Positions 1 to 10,161 of a DNA stretch of 64,000 nucleotides are shown in pieces. Each line of letters begins with the position of its first letter. Within the stretch, counting starts at the first letter, position 1. Location: positions 32,500-96,499 of the forward strand of contig CAKUDG010000001.1 of assembly GCA_934644965.1 (NCBI GenBank). The letters run 5' to 3'. The notes under the pieces were generated by a model. It was not told the DNA's origin. It did not search any database and saw only the letters and a list, made by a program, of their open reading frames with translations. Source of the stretch: an uncultured Victivallales bacterium (GTDB lineage Bacteria > Verrucomicrobiota > Lentisphaeria > Victivallales > UBA1829). Both the position numbers and the translations under genes were made by a program.

Positions 1-264
1 CTTTTTTCCGCAATATCAAAAAGGAATCCGGAGCTTTTCTCATTTTTTTCAGAAAAAACGCTTCCCAGCCTCTCTCTCAGAGGGCCTTCACAGAGCGGGA
101 AACGGCTGATGAAAGAAAAGATACAGAAGAGCAGAAGAACTGGGAAAGGGTTGAAGAACGCAGCGAACACCGCCGCTGGCAGAGGTGCGGAACCCGGACT
201 CCGCTCTTTTTTCTCTGAGCAGCTCTTCCGCCGCCGTCCCGCGCTGGAATGCCGGGGACGGCTC

Positions 265-2280
265 TCATTTTCCCAGACGGCGCATCGAAGCGCGCAGTTC
301 CTCTCTGGAGAGTTCAAAGGGGCTGGCGATCGCCTGCGCAACCTGACGCCAGCGGAAAAGTGCCGCCGCTCCGCCCGAAGCAAAGAGAAGCCAGCAGAAA
401 AGGACAAAGACATTCCCGTATCTTGCATAAAAGGTCGGTGTATGCTTCAGCGGGACTTCCACCATGAACTTCGCAGATGCGCTTCCCTTGATTTCAGGCA
501 TGAGGATTTCTTTGCGTCTGCGGGAATCATATTGTTTGTAAATGCAGTCCGCCAGTCTTCCGGCAGGGTCCACCAGGACGGAATAATTGGAGTTCCCGCA
601 GCGGAGCATCGGCAGACGGTTTTCCACCGCACGGAAAATCGAATTGGCAAAGTGCTGATCCGGTTCAAAACTTGTCGGATACCACGCATCGTTGGTAATG
701 ACCAGAAGCAGATTGGCCCCGGCAAGGACATGCCCGCGTGAAACGTGAGGAAAGACATCCTCATAGCAGATGGAGATCCCCGCTCGGACTCCGGGACCGA
801 CTTCCAGCGGCCGGAATCCCGGACCGGGCGTCAGATTCCGCCCCATTCCGATCCATTCGGGAAGAACGGGGAAGATCTCTCCCAGCGGAACAAATTCCCC
901 GAAAGGGACAATCCGGACCTTGGAATACCGGTCCGCAATTTCCTGCAGGGGTTCTTTCCCGGGATGCAGGAGGAGTGCGGAATTCAAGAGATCGAAATCC
1001 GTCTGGGAGCGGATTTCCCCGAAGTCCGGGCTGCCGATCAGGAAAGGAATCCCCGCTTCGTCCAGAAGGGTTTTCAGGCGTTGACGGTATTCCGCAGCAA
1101 ATACGGATCCCCCTCTGTAAGCTGTCGGGACCGCCGTTTCCGGCCAGACCAGCAGTGCCAGAGGCAGCATCTCCCCCAGACGGGCAGGATCCGAAAGCGA
1201 TTCGGACGATGGATTCTGAAGAGATTCCCCCAGAAAGTTCCGGATCTGCTCCTCCCTCCCTGCGGAACTTTTCTCCAGAAGCTCCCGGCTCAGCGAAAGA
1301 CAGGTTTCCAGAGCTTCTCTTTCCTGTCCCGGCAGCGGATCTCTTCTCTGCGTCAGATTCGGCTGGACCACCCCCACGGGGAAGAGACGCGTGTTTTCAC
1401 GGGAATATTCGCCGCGTCTTGCCTCATATTCCTCCAGTTTTCCCCGTCCGAACCAGGTGCAGAAGATGATTCCGAGGAAGGCCAGGAGCAAGGGATAAGG
1501 CCGTTTGTACTTCCCTTCTCTGGAACTCTTCCAGAATCCGTGAAGGGCGAAAAAAAGCGCCAGGTTCATGAATATCAGCAGAAAGCTCACGCCGTACACC
1601 CCGGTGTACTCGCAGATCTGGATGATGATCGCATTCTTCCATTGGGAAATCCCGAGCAGATTCCAGGGGAATCCTGTAAAAATCCAGGAACGGATCCATT
1701 CCAGGCAAACCCACCACGCCGAAAGCGAAAGCGCCGCGGCAATCTCCATCACCGGATGAAAACGGTAGAATTCCGCCATCCGTTCCGCCCCGCCCAGCCG
1801 GACCGACGGCGGATAAGCCAGATTCCGGAAGAAAAAAGGCACCAGCGCCGCCCAGAACCCCGTGAATGCCCCGAGCACCGCGGCAAAGACAAAAGGAATC
1901 AGCACAAAAATCTCCCGCAGCCAGAAACAGCCGACCAGATTCCAGACATACCCGAAAAAGAAACCGTAAACCCCCGCACGGAGAGCACTCTTCCCGCGGA
2001 TGATCCAGAAAAGCGGCAGAAGCGCAAACCATGCCGCACCATCCCAGTTGATTCCCGGATAGGCACATGCCAGCAGAACAGCAAAAAAGGAGAGTACAAG
2101 AAGTTCCAGCAGAGTCTGCCTCCAGGAAGATCGGAAGGCCAGTCTTCGCGCCGCAGACTCGGAGGCGCCTGCAGATGCGCTTGCAGATGCAACCGGAGCG
2201 GCAGAACTGGAGGCTCCGGACAGACTGGCAGACTCGGAGGGAAATGATGCAGAGGGGGTCCGGGACGACGTGCTATTCAA
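265..2280 (-). CDS. lnt: Apolipoprotein N-acyltransferase with a Ser/Ala-rich N-terminal extension
   Basis: The N-terminal half is multi-TM. The C-terminal half is a CN-hydrolase domain with 'GISICYEDVFP' (catalytic Cys context) and 'VITNDAWY'. At 671 aa it is longer than typical Lnt. Confidence 0.85.
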   Translation of the reverse strand: MNSTSSRTPSASFPSESASLSGASSSAAPVASASASAGASESAARRLAFRSSWRQTLLELLVLSFFAVLLACAYPGINWDGAAWFALLPLFWIIRGKSALRAGVYGFFFGYVWNLVGCFWLREIFVLIPFVFAAVLGAFTGFWAALVPFFFRNLAYPPSVRLGGAERMAEFYRFHPVMEIAAALSLSAWWVCLEWIRSWIFTGFPWNLLGISQWKNAIIIQICEYTGVYGVSFLLIFMNLALFFALHGFWKSSREGKYKRPYPLLLAFLGIIFCTWFGRGKLEEYEARRGEYSRENTRLFPVGVVQPNLTQRRDPLPGQEREALETCLSLSRELLEKSSAGREEQIRNFLGESLQNPSSESLSDPARLGEMLPLALLVWPETAVPTAYRGGSVFAAEYRQRLKTLLDEAGIPFLIGSPDFGEIRSQTDFDLLNSALLLHPGKEPLQEIADRYSKVRIVPFGEFVPLGEIFPVLPEWIGMGRNLTPGPGFRPLEVGPGVRAGISICYEDVFPHVSRGHVLAGANLLLVITNDAWYPTSFEPDQHFANSIFRAVENRLPMLRCGNSNYSVLVDPAGRLADCIYKQYDSRRRKEILMPEIKGSASAKFMVEVPLKHTPTFYARYGNVFVLFCWLLFASGGAAALFRWRQVAQAIASPFELSREELRASMRRLGK

Positions 2281-2350
2281 GTTTTCTCAACCTTTCTCCG
2301 ACGAAAACTCTCGTCTAATTTTCAGATTCATTGGAAAAAACAACGTTCAG

Positions 2351-2365
2351 GGTGTAATTTACACC
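2351..2365. promoter_or_regulatory. Perfect 15-bp palindrome GGTGTAAtTTACACC in the lnt/nadB divergent intergenic region (candidate operator)
   Basis: Read directly from the sequence: 7-bp arms around a single central base, 48 nt upstream of the nadB ATG. Confidence 0.3.
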
Positions 2366-2412
2366 ATGATCCGCGGAAAAAAAACGCCGGAAACTAACCG
2401 AACAGGAAAAAA

Positions 2413-4077
2413 ATGATTGCATCCAATGAAATTTTCTTCGACCATCTGGTCATCGGGAGCGGACTGGCGGGCCTCTCCACGGCATTGATGCTGGCGGAAA
2501 AAAGCAAAGGTCAGATCGCCGTCGTCACAAAAGGGGCGATCGACGATTGCAACTCAAAGCTTGCTCAGGGAGGCATTGCCTGCGTCACAGATGTCGGAGA
2601 CACCTTTGAAGAACATCTGGCCGATACGCTTGCGGCGGGAGATCACCTCTGCGACGCGGAAGCAGTCATGGCCATCATCAAAAACGGTCCGGAACGGATC
2701 CGCTGGCTCATGGAACTCGGGACTCATTTCACCACCCGCGGCGAAATGGGGGACAACAACGCCGAAAGCAGGGATGAACTGGATCTCGGCCGTGAAGGCG
2801 GACACAAAAAACGGCGCGTCATCCATGCGGGGGACATCACCGGAGCGGAAGTGGAACGCAGTCTGGTGGCGGCGTGCAGGGAAAATCCCCGGATCCATGT
2901 CTTTGAACATCATGTGGCGGTGGATCTGGTCTGTTCCTGGAGACTCGGATGGATGGGCATGAATCAGTGTCTCGGCGCCTATGTGCTAGACATCCGGAAA
3001 AACAAGGTGGAAACCTTCACCTCCCTCAGTACCACGGTGGCAACCGGCGGATGCGGAAAGGTTTATCTGTACACCAGCAATCCGGATGTGGCGTGCGGAG
3101 CGGGGGTGGCGCTCTGCTACCGTGCCTTCGCCAAGATTGCGAATATGGAATTTTATCAGTTCCATCCGACGATTCTGTATCATCCGCAGGTCAAGTCTTT
3201 TCTCATCAGCGAGGCCCTCCGCGGCGAAGGGGGAACACTCAAGATCATGAATCCGGACGGGGAACTGGTCGAATTCATGCAGAATTATCATGAAATGAAG
3301 AGCCTTGCCCCGCGCGACGTTGTGGCGCGCGCGATTGACAACGAACTCAAACGCAGCGGTCAGAACTGCGTTTATCTGGACATGCGCCATCACAGCGGAG
3401 ATTTCCTGAAGAAACGTTTCCCGAACATCTATGCAAAATGTCTGGAAGCGGGGATCGACATGGCTCAGGATCCGATTCCCGTTGTCCCCGCGGCGCATTT
3501 CAGCTGCGGCGGAGTGAAGACGGATGTCAACGGATTCACGGGAATCGACGGGCTCTACGCAGTCGGGGAAGTCGGCTGCACGGGGCTTCACGGAGCAAAC
3601 CGTCTGGCGAGCAACAGTCTTCTGGAAGCGCTGGTGGTTTCCGGGAATGCGGCAGCGCATATTGCGGAAAACGAGGATGAGCTCCGCAGCTCGCGCACGG
3701 GAAAGAAAGTGCCGCTCTGGACCTGTGGAGACGCCACAAGTTCGGATGAACAGGTGGTCATTTCCCACAACTGGGAGGAAATCCGCCGCTTCATGTGGGA
3801 CTATGTCGGAATCTACCGGACCAACAAGCGTCTGGAACGGGCAAAAAGCCGGATCAAGAACATTCAGAGGGAAATCGAAAAATACTACTGGGATTTCCAT
3901 CTGACCAAAGACCTGATCGAATTGCGCAATCTTGCCACCGTGGCACAGCTGATCATTGATTCCGCCATGAGCAGAAAGGAAAGCCGCGGTCTGCATTACA
4001 ACGCGGACTATCCCGCGCGCGATCCCGCTCTCGACGGCGTCGACACCATTATTCAGAAACCTTATTCAAGCCAGTAA
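2413..4077 (+). CDS. nadB: L-aspartate oxidase
   Basis: FAD-binding 'VIGSGLAGLSTAL', 'AQGGIA', 'HFSCGGV' and 'GANRLASNSLLE'. The length of 554 aa is typical. Confidence 0.9.
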   Translation: MIASNEIFFDHLVIGSGLAGLSTALMLAEKSKGQIAVVTKGAIDDCNSKLAQGGIACVTDVGDTFEEHLADTLAAGDHLCDAEAVMAIIKNGPERIRWLMELGTHFTTRGEMGDNNAESRDELDLGREGGHKKRRVIHAGDITGAEVERSLVAACRENPRIHVFEHHVAVDLVCSWRLGWMGMNQCLGAYVLDIRKNKVETFTSLSTTVATGGCGKVYLYTSNPDVACGAGVALCYRAFAKIANMEFYQFHPTILYHPQVKSFLISEALRGEGGTLKIMNPDGELVEFMQNYHEMKSLAPRDVVARAIDNELKRSGQNCVYLDMRHHSGDFLKKRFPNIYAKCLEAGIDMAQDPIPVVPAAHFSCGGVKTDVNGFTGIDGLYAVGEVGCTGLHGANRLASNSLLEALVVSGNAAAHIAENEDELRSSRTGKKVPLWTCGDATSSDEQVVISHNWEEIRRFMWDYVGIYRTNKRLERAKSRIKNIQREIEKYYWDFHLTKDLIELRNLATVAQLIIDSAMSRKESRGLHYNADYPARDPALDGVDTIIQKPYSSQ

Positions 4078-4097
4078 AAAACAACTTCTCCCAGGAC

Positions 4098-5396
4098 ATG
4101 AGCATCAGACCGAAAATCGCGGAACACATCGCCGCCATTGTGGCGGAACTTCAGAATGCGGGATATGAAACCTATATTGTCGGGGGAGCAGTCAGAGATT
4201 TTCTTCTGGAACGTCAGCCGAAGGATTATGATCTTTCCACATCCGCAACGCCGGAACAGATCAGAAAGGTTTTTGCCAAACGGCGCGTTCTGATTATCGG
4301 GCGGCGTTTCCGTCTTGTGCATCTGTATCACGGGAAAGACATTATTGAAATCAGCACCTTCCGCAAGCGTCCGGAGCAGAGCGCCCTGCCGGAACCGAAC
4401 GAGCGCGCAGCTCAGGCTCCTGAAAACATGATCTTCCGGGATAATGAATTCGGCACCGCCGAAGAGGACGCACAAAGACGCGATTTCACGATCAATTCCA
4501 TTTTCTACGACCCCATTCACGACAAACTCATCGACCATACCGCTTATGGAGTGAGAGACATCACTGCGGGCATCGTGCGGACCATCGGAGATCCGAAACT
4601 GCGTTTTGAGGAAGATCCCGTCCGGATTCTCCGTGCGCTCAAACTGGTCGGGCAGTACAGTTTTGTCCTGGAGAAGGAAACGGAAAAGGCTTTGCATGAC
4701 TGCATGCCCCTAATCCATCACGCCTCCCCCTCCAGAATGACCCTGGAACTCGAAAAAATCCTGAAAAATCCCTATGGCGACAGAATCCTGCCCTGTTTTC
4801 ACAAATTCGGATTCTTAACTTATTTCCTTCCTTTCCTGGAAGAGCATTACAATTCGCCGCAGCTCCGTTATGCGCTCGATCTGCTTGCAAAGCGCAACGA
4901 ACGGCTCCTCGCCGGAAAATATCGTGACAGTCTTTCCCTGGTGAATGCCATCTTCACCCTCTCCTTTGCAGAAGCGCGTCTGGGAAAAAATCCCCCCGGG
5001 AAACTCTGGGAAAACTATCCCGGAATTGAAAACGACTTCAAGGATCTGATCTCAGAAATTTTTTACCCACATATCGTTACAAAGAGAAGCACGGCCGCGG
5101 CCATCCGTTCACTTCTTTTTCAGCCGCGTTTCAAAGATCCGGAAGCGGCACAGCGTTTCACGGGAACGCACGGATATGCCACGGCAAGAGAACTCGCTGT
5201 CATCCGGAATGCCTTAGACGGCACAATTCCCGATTTCGAAGGACGCTGCCCTCTTCCAGATCCGGCCAACTCGGGCAGAAGGAAATCCCGCAGACGGGGA
5301 CGCCGCCGCCGGGGAAAAAACAAAGCACAATTCATTTCCACAGCTTCTGCCCCAGCAAATGGAAATGCAGCCGGAGCATCCCAGCAAAATCAGTGA
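4098..5396 (+). CDS. Poly(A) polymerase / CCA-adding tRNA nucleotidyltransferase family protein (PcnB-like)
   Basis: 'YIVGGAVRDFLL', 'DYDLST' and 'RRDFTINS' motifs of the nucleotidyltransferase head. The Arg-rich C-terminal tail 'RRKSRRRGRRRRGKNK' resembles PcnB. Confidence 0.75.
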   Translation: MSIRPKIAEHIAAIVAELQNAGYETYIVGGAVRDFLLERQPKDYDLSTSATPEQIRKVFAKRRVLIIGRRFRLVHLYHGKDIIEISTFRKRPEQSALPEPNERAAQAPENMIFRDNEFGTAEEDAQRRDFTINSIFYDPIHDKLIDHTAYGVRDITAGIVRTIGDPKLRFEEDPVRILRALKLVGQYSFVLEKETEKALHDCMPLIHHASPSRMTLELEKILKNPYGDRILPCFHKFGFLTYFLPFLEEHYNSPQLRYALDLLAKRNERLLAGKYRDSLSLVNAIFTLSFAEARLGKNPPGKLWENYPGIENDFKDLISEIFYPHIVTKRSTAAAIRSLLFQPRFKDPEAAQRFTGTHGYATARELAVIRNALDGTIPDFEGRCPLPDPANSGRRKSRRRGRRRRGKNKAQFISTASAPANGNAAGASQQNQ

Positions 5397-5760
5397 CCCC
5401 CCCAAAATACATCTGACTTCTCTGCCGGGTACGGACAATGGCAAAATGCTGCGGCGGGGGACGCCGCACAACCCGAGGGGGGAGAAGGGGGAAACGGTCA
5501 ATCCTGTGCGTTTTCCCCGCTTTCCCTTCTGGTCATCAATCTTTCTCTTCTGAAAAATCAAAGATAACCCGGGATGGCGCTTCCTCTGAATGTGCATGTG
5601 CCCAGCAGGCAGGGCACTCTGCGACAAGGAGGTTATATGGAGTCAGGGCTTCTCCGCGCTCTTCCCCGAAGAAACGCGTTCTGCATTGATTTTCTCCGCA
5701 GTTCCCGCATGAAAATTCAAACAGAAAGGCAAGGCGTTCTTTCAGAGAGAAGGAATCTGC

Positions 5761-6603
5761 TCAGATCCATTTCAGAATGGTTTTGGACTTTTTCCCGGAA
5801 TCCAGGCTGTCCTGTTTTGTCTCCCCTGCGTTCTTGTCTTCCTCTTCCGAAGAGGGGGAAGAAGAGGGTTTCCCGGGTTGAGCTGCTTCTTTTCCTGAAG
5901 CCTCTGCCCGTGCGGGAGTGTCGGAACCGAACGGAGCGGATTCGGCTGTTCCCTGCGGAGAAGTCTGTGCGGAAGTTTTAGCGGCCGCGGCAGGAGCGGA
6001 CTCTTTGCGCTGTTTAGAAGAAGAAGGTGTTCGCTCTTTCCCCCTGGAATCCTCTTCTCCGGAAGAAGCATCCGGGTTCTCCTTTTCCTCCTCGTCCCAT
6101 CCGGAATCCTTTTCCTCCCAATCCTCACGGGACGATTCCTTCTTGTCGGGCACGTTTTTGACGGGTTCAATATGATTGACTTCGAGATAATAGTCATTCG
6201 AGCGGATCCGTTCCTTTCCCCGTCCGCTCGAAGGAACTCTGCGCACGATAGCATAAAGCGTCACAGGAACAGGGAGCTCCGCTCTGGAAAGCAGAGAAAT
6301 AATTTCATCGGTTTTTCTGGAAACCACAAAGAATTTCCCGGATTCCTTATCCGGGATCTCTTCAATGGACAGGGAAATAAAACGATCCGCGCGAACCGCC
6401 CCTTCCAGCTTGGAAGGAATCACCGCAAGAAACTCGTTCAGCGTGGCTGTAATACATACCTTCTTGTTCCGTAAATCCTCCGGAACCAGCCTCAGTGATG
6501 TAATGTCAACATCCTTGTAGTCATAAAATTTATTCCTTTGCGCAAATCCTGGAAGACATGCCGACAGCAGAAGAAGCAGGAGAAAAACAAGTTTTTTATT
6601 CAT
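5761..6603 (-). CDS. Hypothetical lipoprotein with an acidic, low-complexity C-terminal half
   Basis: Signal peptide with lipobox 'LLLLLLSAC'. The ATG at 6603 is preferred over the TTG at 6609. No recognisable catalytic motif. Confidence 0.6.
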   Translation of the reverse strand: MNKKLVFLLLLLLSACLPGFAQRNKFYDYKDVDITSLRLVPEDLRNKKVCITATLNEFLAVIPSKLEGAVRADRFISLSIEEIPDKESGKFFVVSRKTDEIISLLSRAELPVPVTLYAIVRRVPSSGRGKERIRSNDYYLEVNHIEPVKNVPDKKESSREDWEEKDSGWDEEEKENPDASSGEEDSRGKERTPSSSKQRKESAPAAAAKTSAQTSPQGTAESAPFGSDTPARAEASGKEAAQPGKPSSSPSSEEEDKNAGETKQDSLDSGKKSKTILKWI

Positions 6604-7043
6604 ACACAATATCCTTAAAAAAAAGAACCCGGAATTTGTCTATCAGACAGGTCATTAACTGAGAAAGATAAATGCCATTTCTCATTTTTGCAAGTGAAAG
6701 ATTCCGCACATTCAATCCTTTTCAAAGGTTTTTCACATCAAAGGAAGAAAAGCCTTCACTGAAACTCAATTCCTCACTGAAAATTCCCGGGCAGGGTTCG
6801 ACATGCAGCACTTCTTTTCTCATTTCTCTCTTTTTTTTCCTCCTCCTCCCTCACGGAAACAGCAGGGGCATCCCGGAATTCATTTTCCAAGCGGCGCAAT
6901 CGCTCCGGAGGGCATTTTTCCACACCGTTTTTTCTGCAGCATCATCCGGCAGGGAAAACGGCGACAGACAAAACGGGGGCAATGGCAGACGCGGAGAAAA
7001 GCAGAGCGAAAATCTCAAACGCAAAACCAAAAACGGCGGAAAA

Positions 7044-8138
7044 TCAGAATTCTTCCTCCGGCTGTCTCCAGACGGGAGCAATTTCTGTCACTTCCAGACA
7101 GGGGCGTGAACAGTTTTTCATCCAACGCTGCACTCCGGTAATTCTCACAGCCCGGTGTTCCCAGAGATTCAGCCCGTGCGAGCCTCCGAGAATATAGGCG
7201 AATGGATACCAGGCACGGTGAATCCGGATCGCCAGGACATGAGAGAAAAAAACCGTCTTCAGCGGGCCTCCGTCCGGAAGGGGGAGAAGCACTCCTTCCA
7301 TGGAAACGTTTTTTTCCAGTCCGTCAAGGAAGGGATCCATGGCGGGAAGAAGAAAGGAATCCATTTTTTCCTCCACCACCTGCTGTGGCGGAGGCGGAGG
7401 AGGATCCGCGGTCCTCCGCTCCTCCTCCTTTCTTCCGTGAACGATGACCGCATAGGATGCAGCGGCGGAGACGGAAAGCCCTCTTTCTCCCGGGAGCCTC
7501 CGCAGAGAGGGAACGAGTCTGTCCTTCATGCCGGAAAGCTGCGGCTCATTGCTCTTTTTCTCCGCTTTCTCCTCAGGAAATTGGACATACTTTGCATTCA
7601 CATATCCGCTGAAGCCTTTGAGCGGGACAATCCGCAACCATTTCCCGCTGCGCGAATGTTCCAGCACAGTCAGCTTCCCGGCAGTGGGACCGATGCTGCC
7701 GTAGGCTTCATAAGCGACACTCGGCCCGGAACGAAGAATGCTTCCCTCCTCCGGAATCCCATCCTCGTCAAGGAAGAGAGCAGATACCCACATGACAGCG
7801 TTTTCCGGCAGAAGGATCTCCAGCCACTGCCCTTTCTCCGCGAGCACTTTCACTTCGCTTCCGGCCGACAGGAGTGCGACAGACGTTGCGGAAAGGTCGG
7901 GCCGGATACGCACATTCAAACAGTCTGGAATCGTCCTGGCAGTGACGCATTCCCTCATCAGCGGATCCTCTTTCCGGGAGGCATCTCTGTTTTCCTGTCT
8001 CTCTTTTCCCTTTTCTTCTTTCCCCTCCTCCCCCCGGGACGACGGGAGGAAAACAGAAAGGAAAAAGAAAAGGAAGAGACAGCACAGAAATTGTTTTCCC
8101 CGCCGGCTCCTCCAGCACCGTATCGGCATTCCGTGCAT
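7044..8138 (-). CDS. Membrane-anchored protein with tandem bacterial SH3-like segments
   Basis: Hydrophobic anchor 'FLCCLFLFFFLSVFL', then two SH3_3-like stretches ('CLNVRIRPDLSATSVALLSAGSEVKVL..GQWLEI' and 'ILRSGPSVAYEAYGSI..GKWLRIV'). The start is ambiguous (8216, 8138 or 8129). Confidence 0.55.
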   Translation of the reverse strand: MHGMPIRCWRSRRGKQFLCCLFLFFFLSVFLPSSRGEEGKEEKGKERQENRDASRKEDPLMRECVTARTIPDCLNVRIRPDLSATSVALLSAGSEVKVLAEKGQWLEILLPENAVMWVSALFLDEDGIPEEGSILRSGPSVAYEAYGSIGPTAGKLTVLEHSRSGKWLRIVPLKGFSGYVNAKYVQFPEEKAEKKSNEPQLSGMKDRLVPSLRRLPGERGLSVSAAASYAVIVHGRKEEERRTADPPPPPPQQVVEEKMDSFLLPAMDPFLDGLEKNVSMEGVLLPLPDGGPLKTVFFSHVLAIRIHRAWYPFAYILGGSHGLNLWEHRAVRITGVQRWMKNCSRPCLEVTEIAPVWRQPEEEF

Positions 8139-8460
8139 TCCGGACGGAGCATCGCCATTCCCCCCGGTCCCTTCTCCCTTCCCTTCGCACCTTCTCAGAA
8201 TTCTCTCTGTTCCCATTATTCCATATTCCCAACAAATTCATGCAGCTGTGTACAACAGTATATTTCTGTTATTTTTCCGTCATTGTGACCGGGTTCAGAC
8301 ACTTTGCGGCCCCCCGCGGAAAATCTATACCGGAGTGCTGAAATTTCAAAATTTTTCGCAAAAATTCCCCGCAGACGCTTTCCCAAAATCAGGCCGCGCC
8401 TCATGCGGGGACAGGAAAATCATGCGGGAACTGGAAAAGAGGAAAAGCAAAGAGTATAGT

Positions 8461-9963
8461 ATGATGACAGATGGATTCATGAACAGCGAATCTTTCCCGT
8501 TCATGATTCCCCATCCTCTTCCGGTCTTTCCCGGAGGGGGAAATCAACAGCAGCACAGGAGATGCCCGGCCATCATGGAGCGACAGAACAGGAGAATCAG
8601 CAGTGCCTGGACATGGATCCCCACACTCTATTTTGCCGAAGGAGCACCGAATGTTCTGGCCGTGACAGTTTCCTTTGTCATGCTGCTCAATCTGGGCATG
8701 GCGCTGGAATGGGCGGTTTTCTGGACTTCGCTCCTGGGACTGCCGTGGGGATTGAAACCCCTCTGGAGTCCGCTGCTCGACATGAAGGGAAGCAAACGCT
8801 CCTGGATCCTCGCGACGGAATGTCTGACAGGAGTGCTGTTGCTGCTCATAGCGTTTTCCTGTCCTCTGGGCGCATCCTTCCGGGGATTTTTCTGCATCAT
8901 AGCCCTCTTCTTCCTGATCGCGTTCACATCGGCGACCCACGACGCGGCGGCGGACGGATATTACATCATCGCTCTCAGCGAACATGACCAGGCCTTCTAT
9001 TCGGGATTGAGAAGCGCCTTCTACAAGGCGGCGGTCCTTGCCGGACAGGGAGGGCTTGTGATGCTGGCGGGAATTCTCATCGAATCGGATCTTTCCTCTT
9101 CTGCGGCCTGGATGCTCTGCATGATCGTCCCGGCGCTGTTTTTTCTGGGTTTGAGGATCTATCACGGGCATGTGCTGCCGGAACTGGAGACGGACCGTCC
9201 GGGACATCTTTCCGGAGCTTCGGGATTTCTGGAAATCATTCTTTCCTTTTTCCGGAAGAAAAAGATCGTCTCCGCACTGCTGTTTCTGCTTTTCTACCGT
9301 TTTGCGGAGGCCCAGCTGAAGGTGGCGGTGCCGTTTCTGCTGAATCCGCGTGAATCGGGAGGACTCGGACTGAGCATCGAAGAGCAGGGATTCCTTTACG
9401 GAACATGCGGGATGGCGGCGCTGATCGCAGGGGGAATCGCCGCCGGATTTCTCGTCGCCAGGGACGGCATCGGGAAATGGTTCTGGCCCATGGCGCTCGC
9501 AATCAATCTGCCCGATTTTCTTTATGTGTATCTGGCCTTCGCCATGCCGGAGAATCTCCTTGTCATCGGATCCTGCATCTTCATCGAGCAGTTCGGATAC
9601 GGGTTCGGGCTCACCGGAGCCATGCTGTTCATGGTCTTCTACACTGCGGACAGCGGCAGTTTCAAGACGAGTCATTTCGCCCTCATGACGGGAATCACTG
9701 CCATAGGACTGAGCATACCGGGGATGTTTTCCGGGCATCTCATGAAATCCATGCCGTCCTTCCTTGCCTCTCTCGGGGAGAAAATTCCAGAATGGGGCTC
9801 CTCCTCCTTCCTCGCCTTTTTCCGGGGAGGAGATGCAGACCAATACCGCATTTTCTTTCTGTGGATCGTTCTCTGCACTGCAGTATCCTTCTATACGGTT
9901 CACCTGGTCTCCAGAGGCCTGGATCCCTCGTTCGGCAAATCCCGGACAAACCCGGAACACTAG
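8461..9963 (+). CDS. ampG: AmpG-family muropeptide MFS transporter
   Basis: 'WIPTLYFAEGAPNV', 'GLPWGLKPLWSPLLD' and 'TSATHDAAADGYYI' are AmpG-like, with about 12-14 TM segments. The start is ambiguous (8422, 8461 or 8575). The 7738 start in the track overlaps the upstream gene and is rejected. Confidence 0.75.
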   Translation: MMTDGFMNSESFPFMIPHPLPVFPGGGNQQQHRRCPAIMERQNRRISSAWTWIPTLYFAEGAPNVLAVTVSFVMLLNLGMALEWAVFWTSLLGLPWGLKPLWSPLLDMKGSKRSWILATECLTGVLLLLIAFSCPLGASFRGFFCIIALFFLIAFTSATHDAAADGYYIIALSEHDQAFYSGLRSAFYKAAVLAGQGGLVMLAGILIESDLSSSAAWMLCMIVPALFFLGLRIYHGHVLPELETDRPGHLSGASGFLEIILSFFRKKKIVSALLFLLFYRFAEAQLKVAVPFLLNPRESGGLGLSIEEQGFLYGTCGMAALIAGGIAAGFLVARDGIGKWFWPMALAINLPDFLYVYLAFAMPENLLVIGSCIFIEQFGYGFGLTGAMLFMVFYTADSGSFKTSHFALMTGITAIGLSIPGMFSGHLMKSMPSFLASLGEKIPEWGSSSFLAFFRGGDADQYRIFFLWIVLCTAVSFYTVHLVSRGLDPSFGKSRTNPEH

Positions 9964-10161
9964 GGGCACTTCTGGGAAAGGGAGAAAGCATTCCCGCCAA
10001 AGGGGAAACCCGCACTTTCCCGCCCCATATTTTCCCGGCCTTTTTTCAGATAAAATTGCATTTTCCCCGCAAAAGACGACTTGACGAAAAGCCTTTTCCG
10101 CGTAATAATACTTTCGTTGCAGCAAAGTTGCGAATCAAGGGAAAGAGGAGGAAGAGAACCA

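Noticed and set aside
745-2247. A 500-aa ORF on the + strand, opposite lnt.
   Set aside because: It is fully antisense to a gene with clear Lnt motifs. Its translation is an Arg/Pro/Gly/Ser-rich low-complexity string with no motif or RBS, so it is a shadow ORF caused by stop-codon depletion on the antisense frame.
6610-7043. A 430-bp intergenic region containing small + strand ORFs (6672-7109 and 6803-7141).
   Set aside because: The translations are low-complexity and overlap the 3' end of the SH3-like gene, with no RBS or motif. I treat the region as non-coding, with no specific feature supportable.
8401-10125. A 574-aa ORF on the - strand, opposite ampG.
   Set aside because: It is antisense to a well-supported MFS transporter, and its sequence is low-complexity and rich in Arg, Glu and Gly. 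The same reasoning rejects 10135-11601 (-) and 11737-13083 (-), which lie opposite the GH78-like gene.
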